From assembly GCA_963771275.1 (NCBI GenBank), contig CAVYSW010000003.1:321037-385036 (forward strand): 64,000 bases of DNA, written 5' to 3'. Under the pieces are notes generated by a model, which made no database searches, was not told the DNA's origin, and saw only the letters and a list, made by a program, of their open reading frames with translations. The stretch is from an uncultured Gemmatimonadales bacterium (GTDB lineage Bacteria; Gemmatimonadota; Gemmatimonadetes; Gemmatimonadales; GWC2-71-9). Positions 58,336 through 64,000 of this stretch are shown one piece after another. A program made the translations under genes and the position numbers. Every line of letters starts with the position of its first letter. The stretch's first letter is position 1.

Positions 58336-58824
58336 ATGAAACGTCTTCTTCTGCTGACGCTGGCGCTCGGCGCCTGCCGCAGCGAACGCAACGCGGAGAA
58401 CTCGGCGGTCTGCGGCATTGCCGTCCTGGCCGCCGGCAATATGGTCCTCGATCAGTTCCAGGGCGGAACCACGGTGCTGCACACCGCGCCCGCCGGCCTG
58501 GTGGGCGACGTGCCGGCGCGTGTCATCGGCCGCGGCACCGCGACCGCCCTGGCGGCGCGCAGCGACAGCGCCGTCGTGCTCGGGTACCGCGGGGACGGCT
58601 TCCCCGACCGGCCCGGGTTCGCGGTCGCGCTGGTCGATGACTCGTCCGAGGTGTTCCGCGGCGTCCTGATCTTCGAGAGCAGCGGCCCGGCGGACTACCC
58701 GCAAGTCGGGACCATCTCGAGTGCCTCGAGCACGCTTCCGCTCTACGCGATGCGCGTCAGCTGGTCGCGCGTGAGCGACCCCAAGTGCCCCCTGTTCGCC
58801 GCGAGGGACACGACGCCACGGTGA
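58336..58824 (+). CDS. lipoprotein, hypothetical
   Basis: Start reset to MKRLLLLTLALGAC (ATG at 58336), with a lipobox. Confidence 0.5.
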   Translation: MKRLLLLTLALGACRSERNAENSAVCGIAVLAAGNMVLDQFQGGTTVLHTAPAGLVGDVPARVIGRGTATALAARSDSAVVLGYRGDGFPDRPGFAVALVDDSSEVFRGVLIFESSGPADYPQVGTISSASSTLPLYAMRVSWSRVSDPKCPLFAARDTTPR

Positions 58825-58971
58825 CCCGGGCCACAGCCGGGCGCCCGGGGTCGGCGGTAGCATGGACTGGTCCGCGCGCGCCGACCGGCCGCGGGATGCG
58901 ACGGCGTGACCACACGGCCCGGCCGGCGCAGCTGAACGGCTGAGGAAACGGGCGGAGCCCCGCACGGTCTA

Positions 58972-60963
58972 ATGTCCCAACCTCCGACGGTACCGCGGTC
59001 GCCCGCCGACAGCGCGCGCTCCGGCGTCCTGCCGGCGCTCACCGCGCTCGGCCAGGATCTCGTGGGCGCCGTCACCCCCGAGCACGTGGTCGACCGCGTC
59101 GTCGATGCGCTGCGCCAGCTCGTGGCCCCCGATCGGCTGCTCGTCGTGCTCCACGAGGCGCCGGACCGGGGCCCGCGCGTCGCCTGCGCGATCGGCGTCA
59201 CCCAGCCACGACCCGACGACCCGCTCATCGCCCTGACGGAGCGTGAGGGTCCCCTGCTGCTCGGTGCCAGCGTCCGGGAGCGGCTCGCCGGCTACGGCAT
59301 CACGGTGCCAGACCCGCCCGGCTCGTGGATCGGGGCGCCCCTCGCTACCGCCGCCCCACTGGGAGCGGTTTCGCTCGGGGCGACGACCCCCGGGCGCTTC
59401 ACGCGCGAGACCCTCGACATCGTCCGCTCCGTGGTGGCCCAGGGCGCGATCGCCCTCCAGAACACCCGGCTCATGGGGCTGGTGTCCGAGGGCAAGCGCG
59501 AATGGGAGCAGACGGTCGACGCGATCACGCAGGGGATCTGCGTCGTGGACGCGGCCGGCACCATCCGGCGCGCCAACCGCACGTTCTGCCGCCTGGTGGA
59601 CGTCCCGTTGACCGCCGTCGCCGGCCGGCCGTGGGTCGGACTGCTGCCGCCGGGCTGGACCGCCGCGGTCGAACGGCTGCTCGCCGAGCCGGCGTCCGGC
59701 GAGACCGCCGAGCTCAAGGCCGGGGAACGCCTGTTCCTGCTCTCCGCGCTGCCGCTCCAGGGTATCGGCCAGGCCGCGGCGGTGCTCGTGTTCGACGACC
59801 AGACCGAGAAACGCCGGCTCCAGGGGCAGCTGATCCAGTCCGAGAAGATGTCCGCCATCGGCCAGCTCATCGCCGGGGTGGCGCACGACCTGAACAACCC
59901 GCTCGCGTCGGTCGTGGGCTTCGCCGACTACCTGGTCGAGACGAGTGACGCCGCACCGCCGGAGCTGATGGAGCCGCTCCGCGCCATCCGGCAGGAAGCC
60001 GAGCGGGCCGCCAACATCGTCAAGAACCTGCTGACGTTCGCCCGCAAGCAGGAGCGCCGGCTCAAGCTCATGTCCGTTCACGACCTCCTGACGAACACGC
60101 TGGTCCTGCTGCGGAACGAGCTCCTCGCGGCCAAGATCGAGATCGAGGTGGACGTGGTGCCGGGCGTGCCCGACGTGAACGTGGACGGCGGGCAGATCCA
60201 GCAGGTGTTCGTCAACCTGATCCACAACGCGTCGCAGGCCATGCAGGCGAGCGGTGTCGGGAAGCGCATCGTGATCCGCGCGATTCCGTGGCTCGACGGG
60301 GTGGCCGTCACCGTCGAAGATGACGGGCCCGGCATCCCGCCGGCGCTGGCCGAGCGGGTCTTCGAGCCGTTCTTCACGACCAAGGCCGCGGGTGAGGGCA
60401 CCGGACTCGGGTTGTCGATCTCGCACGGCATCGTGCGGGAACACGGCGGGCGGCTGTCCCTCGTGCCGACGACGCGCCGCGGCGCCGTGTTCCAGGTGGA
60501 GCTGCCGGCCGGCGGCCCGCCGCCCGAGCCGCACGTCGAAGCCCCGGTCCTGCCGCGCGCCCTCCGGGTGCTCGTCGTGGACGACGAGCCGCACATCCAG
60601 CACTACATGCGCGCCACCCTCGAGGCCTGGGGACACACGGTCGCCGTCGCGAGCAATGGCGAGGGCGGGCTGGAGCAGGCCCTGCACCAGCCGTTCGATG
60701 CCATCATCGCCGACCTCCGCATGCCGGAGGTCGGCGGCCGCGAGATGTTCGAGCGCCTGCGGCGCGCGCACCCCGACGTCGCGGAACGCGTGGTGTTCAG
60801 CACGGGCGACACGGTCCGGGGCGACACACTCGCGTTCCTCGAGTCGCTCGGCCGGCCGTACCTGCGCAAGCCGTTCACCCTCGCCGAGCTGCGGGCGGCG
60901 CTCGCGGACCTGATTCAGCGGACCCGGGTTCGCGAGCCCGGCGGCCGGGGCGGCCCTGGGTGA
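58972..60963 (+). CDS. hybrid sensor histidine kinase (GAF-PAS-HisKA-HATPase_c-REC)
   Basis: H-box SAIGQLIAGVAHDLNNPL, N-box NLIHNASQA, G-boxes DDGPGIP and GTGLGLS. C-terminal receiver LVVDDEPHI...IADLRMPEVGG. Confidence 0.85.
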   Translation: MSQPPTVPRSPADSARSGVLPALTALGQDLVGAVTPEHVVDRVVDALRQLVAPDRLLVVLHEAPDRGPRVACAIGVTQPRPDDPLIALTEREGPLLLGASVRERLAGYGITVPDPPGSWIGAPLATAAPLGAVSLGATTPGRFTRETLDIVRSVVAQGAIALQNTRLMGLVSEGKREWEQTVDAITQGICVVDAAGTIRRANRTFCRLVDVPLTAVAGRPWVGLLPPGWTAAVERLLAEPASGETAELKAGERLFLLSALPLQGIGQAAAVLVFDDQTEKRRLQGQLIQSEKMSAIGQLIAGVAHDLNNPLASVVGFADYLVETSDAAPPELMEPLRAIRQEAERAANIVKNLLTFARKQERRLKLMSVHDLLTNTLVLLRNELLAAKIEIEVDVVPGVPDVNVDGGQIQQVFVNLIHNASQAMQASGVGKRIVIRAIPWLDGVAVTVEDDGPGIPPALAERVFEPFFTTKAAGEGTGLGLSISHGIVREHGGRLSLVPTTRRGAVFQVELPAGGPPPEPHVEAPVLPRALRVLVVDDEPHIQHYMRATLEAWGHTVAVASNGEGGLEQALHQPFDAIIADLRMPEVGGREMFERLRRAHPDVAERVVFSTGDTVRGDTLAFLESLGRPYLRKPFTLAELRAALADLIQRTRVREPGGRGGPG

Positions 60964-61340
60964 CCGCCAGCCCGGACACGCGGCTCCGCCGCCGGGCCCA
61001 GCCGCTGCCGGTTGCCCTCGTCATCATCGGTTGCCTGCTGATCGCCGCCCATTTCCTGCGCGCCAACGCCCTGCTCATTGCGGTGCTGTGCGCGGCCACC
61101 CCGTGTCTGCTCATCGTGCCGCGTCCCTGGGCCCCGCGCGTCGTGCAGCTGCTGCTCCTCGCGGCCACGGCCGAGTGGCTCCGGACCACCATCGTGCTCG
61201 CGCACGATCGCACCGCGGCGGGCGAGCCCTGGCGACGCATGGCGGTCATTCTCGCCGCGGTGGCGGGCGTCACGCTGTGGTCCGCGCTCCTCGCCCCGCG
61301 CGCCGCCCGGGGACATGCCGCCCTGGGCGACGGGCGCTAG
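60960..61340 (+). CDS. membrane protein, hypothetical
   Basis: The GTG start overlaps the kinase stop (GTGA). Three to four hydrophobic helices. Confidence 0.45.
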   Translation: MTASPDTRLRRRAQPLPVALVIIGCLLIAAHFLRANALLIAVLCAATPCLLIVPRPWAPRVVQLLLLAATAEWLRTTIVLAHDRTAAGEPWRRMAVILAAVAGVTLWSALLAPRAARGHAALGDGR

Positions 61341-61442
61341 GGCGGGCTGCGCCAACCGGCCCCTCCTTCCCCTGTTACATTCCCCATAACGACGGTTGCC
61401 GGAGCCCTCGGCGCCCGCGCCCGCTGGGGTAGGAGTCTTGGG

Positions 61443-62237
61443 ATGATCTACGTCTGCGTAGCCGCGCACAACGACGAAGCCACGGTTGGCCTGCTGCTCT
61501 GGAAGGTGCGGCAGGTGTTCGCGGCGTTCCCCCGGGAATACCAGCTCCTGGTGGTCGATGACGGCTCGTCCGACACCACCGGCGAAGTGCTGGATCGCTA
61601 CCAGCGGGCACTGCCCATGACGATCCTCCGCCACGACGCGGCGCGGGGAACCGCCGCGTCGCTGGATGCCCTGTTGCGCGAGGCGTTGCGCCGGTCCGAT
61701 CGCCCGCGGCGGGACGTGGCCCTCATGCTGCCCGCCGACTTCAGCGTCTCGCCCGATGGAATCCCGGAGCTGCTCCGCCGCATCGATTCGGGCGCCGATC
61801 TCGTGGTCGGTGAAGCGCCCGCACGGCCCCTCCCCACGACCGAGCGGCTGGTCCTGCGGCTCGCGCGCTGGCTCCTCCGTCCGGGAATCCAGGTGCCGGG
61901 CGTGCGGGACCTGCTGTCCGGCTGCTTGGCCGTCCGCCTCGTCGCGGTGAGGCAGCAGCTGCGCGAGCGTGCCGCTCCGCTGCTCGTGTGCGACGGCCTC
62001 GCATCGCGGGCCGAGCTCGTGGCGCGCGCCGCAAGCGGCGCCCGCCAGGTGATGGTCGCGGACGTGCCGTCCCCCGCCGCAGTCCCCGTGGCCCGCCGGC
62101 CGGGCGCGCTGCGCCTCGCCATGCAGCTCGCGCGCGCCGGACGCAGGGTGCGGATCCCTCCTCCGGCGCCACGCGGGCCCGAACCGGCAGCCGTTCCGGC
62201 GGGGGCTGGGGCAAGGACTGGGGAGGTGGCGTCGTGA
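61443..62237 (+). CDS. family 2 glycosyltransferase
   Basis: MIYVCVAAHNDEATVGLLL...QLLVVDDGSSDTTGEVL is a typical GT2 N-terminus. Confidence 0.75.
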   Translation: MIYVCVAAHNDEATVGLLLWKVRQVFAAFPREYQLLVVDDGSSDTTGEVLDRYQRALPMTILRHDAARGTAASLDALLREALRRSDRPRRDVALMLPADFSVSPDGIPELLRRIDSGADLVVGEAPARPLPTTERLVLRLARWLLRPGIQVPGVRDLLSGCLAVRLVAVRQQLRERAAPLLVCDGLASRAELVARAASGARQVMVADVPSPAAVPVARRPGALRLAMQLARAGRRVRIPPPAPRGPEPAAVPAGAGARTGEVAS

Positions 62238-62989
62238 GACGGCGCGCGCTGCTGCTGGCCGCCCTCGGTGCCGTGCTGCCGGCCCGGTCCGTCCCGGCCC
62301 AGGCCGGACCGCCCGACCCGCGCTCGTGGGTCGGCGAGCGCCTGCAATACGACGCCAAGTTCGGGTTCATCAGTCTGGGCGGCGCCGAGCTCCGGGTTGC
62401 GGGCATCGACACGGTGCGCGGCGACTCCGCGCTCCACATCCGGTTCGTCATCCAGGGCGGCAACCTGATCTACCGGCTGCACGACGAGTGGGATTCCTGG
62501 ATCGGCCTCGCGGACCTCACGTCGCGCCGGTTCATCCAGAGCTACGAGGAGGGCAACCGGCGGGATCGCAACGCGTACGAGATCTACCCGGACTCCGGCT
62601 ACTACCGGCAGGAGGGCGTGGACTCGCTGTTTCCGACATCCCCCCAGCCACTCGACGACGCGGCGTTCTTCTACTTCGTCCGGACGGTCGACCTCTCGCC
62701 CGGGCGGCACGAGTTCAACCGCTACTTCAAGCCCGATCGCAACCCGGTCGTGCTCGAGGTCGTCGGCCGGGATACGGTGGACGTCCCCGCGGGCCGGTTC
62801 GACTGCGTGGTGGTCCGCCCGGTGATCAAGGGCGGCGGCATCTTCAAGGAGGGGGCCGAGGGAAGGCTCTGGATCAGCAACGACGAGCACCACCGCGTGG
62901 TGCAGATCAAGAGCAAATTCTTTTTCGGGGCGCTCACGTTCCGGCTCACGCGGATTGCCACCGACGGAAGCGCGGACGCGACCCGGTAG
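62234..62989 (+). CDS. DUF3108-like secreted protein
   Basis: GTG start at 62234 (GTGA overlap with the GT2 stop). Signal peptide RRRALLLAALGAVLPA. YDAKFGFISLGGAELRV...VPAGRFDCVVVRP follows the DUF3108 pattern. Confidence 0.6.
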   Translation: MRRRALLLAALGAVLPARSVPAQAGPPDPRSWVGERLQYDAKFGFISLGGAELRVAGIDTVRGDSALHIRFVIQGGNLIYRLHDEWDSWIGLADLTSRRFIQSYEEGNRRDRNAYEIYPDSGYYRQEGVDSLFPTSPQPLDDAAFFYFVRTVDLSPGRHEFNRYFKPDRNPVVLEVVGRDTVDVPAGRFDCVVVRPVIKGGGIFKEGAEGRLWISNDEHHRVVQIKSKFFFGALTFRLTRIATDGSADATR

Positions 62990-62993
62990 CACG

Positions 62994-63018
62994 AGCGGGG
63001 CCCCGACGGGGCCCCGCT
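62994..63018. terminator. perfect 11-bp GC hairpin between convergent genes
   Basis: AGCGGGGCCCC-gac-GGGGCCCCGCT begins 5 nt after the DUF3108 stop. No clear T-tract on either side. Confidence 0.45.
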
Positions 63019-63062
63019 TGCGCTCCGGATGTCGAAGGGACCTCTTATCGGTTCCGGGTGCG

Positions 63063-63281
63063 TCAGGCCGCGGGCGGCTCCTTGCCCTTGATCGCGTCGT
63101 GGATCTTCTGGGCCGTGCCCGGACTGACCACCTTGAGAACGAGGTAGAGCACGAAGCCGACCGCCGCCAGCCACAGCAGGTTTATCAGGAGCGTGACGGC
63201 GAACCCCAACAACCCGAATACCACCTTGATCGCGAAGAAGCCGATGATCGCGATGATCGCATATCCCAGAATCGTACGCAT
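63063..63281 (-). CDS. small two-TM membrane protein, hypothetical
   Basis: Start reset to MRTILGYAIIAIIGFFAIKVVFGLLGFAVTLLINLLWLAAVGFVLYLVL (ATG at 63281), preceded by GGAGG. Confidence 0.55.
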   Translation of the reverse strand: MRTILGYAIIAIIGFFAIKVVFGLLGFAVTLLINLLWLAAVGFVLYLVLKVVSPGTAQKIHDAIKGKEPPAA

Positions 63282-63371
63282 GACGTTCCTCCCCGGGCGG
63301 CGCGCGGCCGACGCTTTCTGCAAGACGATACGAACGTACGGGCCGGCGGGTTTCACCACAAGGCAGATGCC

Positions 63372-64000
63372 ATGACGGTGCCGGACGCGCTGGTGGTGGG
63401 CGGTGGGATCGTGGGAGCCGCCGTGGCGCGCGCGCTCGCCGCGGGCGGCGCGGCTGTCGAGATCCTCGACAGCGGCTCCGAGGCCGGCATCGCCACGCAA
63501 GCGTCGGCCGGCATGCTCGCGCCCCTCATCGAGTCGGCTCCGGACGACCCGCTGCTCGGCATCGGGATGCGCGGCCGCGATCTCTACCGCGAGCTCGCGC
63601 CCGCGCTCGCCGAAGAAACGGGCGTGCAGATCGGCCTCCTGACCGACGGCGTGCTGCACGTCGCCTTCACCGAGCAGGAGGAAAGCCGGGCGCGCAGCGC
63701 CGCCGCCTGGCAGCGCCAGCAGGGGCTCAACACCGAGTGGCTCACACCCGGCGAGCTCAAGGCGCGCTGCCCCGGCATCAGCCCGGATGCGCGCGGCGCG
63801 CTGCTCGCGCGGGAGGACGGCGCGCTCGAGCCGCTGGCGACGCTCGAAGCGCTGCTCGTGAGCGCGACACGGCGCGGCGTCCGGATCACCCGCGGCACCC
63901 GCGTGCTCGGCGTCGAGATCGAGGCCGGACGCGTACGAGGGGTGCGCACGGCCGCGGGTGCACGCCCGGCCGGCGCCGTGGTGATCGCGGCCGGCGCGTG
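63372..64000 (+). CDS. FAD-dependent oxidoreductase, glycine oxidase (ThiO)/DAO-like (C-terminal part runs off the window)
   Basis: Absent from the track because it is open at the window edge. MTVPDALVVGGGIVGAAVARALAAGGAAVEILD has the GxGxxG dinucleotide fold, followed by ASAGMLAP. Confidence 0.75.
   Translation, partial: MTVPDALVVGGGIVGAAVARALAAGGAAVEILDSGSEAGIATQASAGMLAPLIESAPDDPLLGIGMRGRDLYRELAPALAEETGVQIGLLTDGVLHVAFTEQEESRARSAAAWQRQQGLNTEWLTPGELKARCPGISPDARGALLAREDGALEPLATLEALLVSATRRGVRITRGTRVLGVEIEAGRVRGVRTAAGARPAGAVVIAAGA

Overview
Very GC-rich bacterial chromosomal segment (by eye above about 70% GC, with strong GC3 bias). It is densely coding: I support about 65 protein genes, several with starts re-set from the maximal ORFs. 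I saw no rRNA, tRNA, CRISPR array, transposase, integrase or phage genes. Most long ORFs in the track are Arg/Pro/Gly/His-rich shadow frames of real genes on the other strand or in another frame. The content is mostly housekeeping. It includes many secreted peptidases (two M23, plus S9, M28, M20, S51 and S58), a tesA/ybbA/ybbP-like module, and an ABC-2 exporter. Nucleoside salvage is represented by deoA and tdk. Other genes include HU, coaE, gcvH-gcvP plus a lipoate ligase-like gene, a peptide ABC importer without a binding protein, folE, two tandem fadD paralogs and a hybrid histidine kinase. Three genes below the 60-aa track cutoff were found by eye: ribosomal protein Thx, an FmdB zinc ribbon and a 56-aa membrane protein. 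The Thx gene, the peptidase load and the GC content suggest a Gemmatimonadota-like organism, but this is a low-certainty inference. The most notable feature is a tightly packed minus-strand gene chain (45811 down to 35018). Its distal part links a NurA-like nuclease, a HerA-like ATPase with a deviant P-loop, a signal-peptide protein, SbcD and SbcC. This is an archaeal-style herA/nurA/mre11/rad50 linkage in a bacterium. Secondary observations are a catalytically degenerate DEAD-box/DbpA-domain protein, a gene-conversion tract between the fadD paralogs, a probable CTG-initiated lipoprotein, an intra-operon terminator between gcvH and gcvP, and a GAF+V4R coupled pair. All functional calls rest on motif recognition by eye; no database search was possible.
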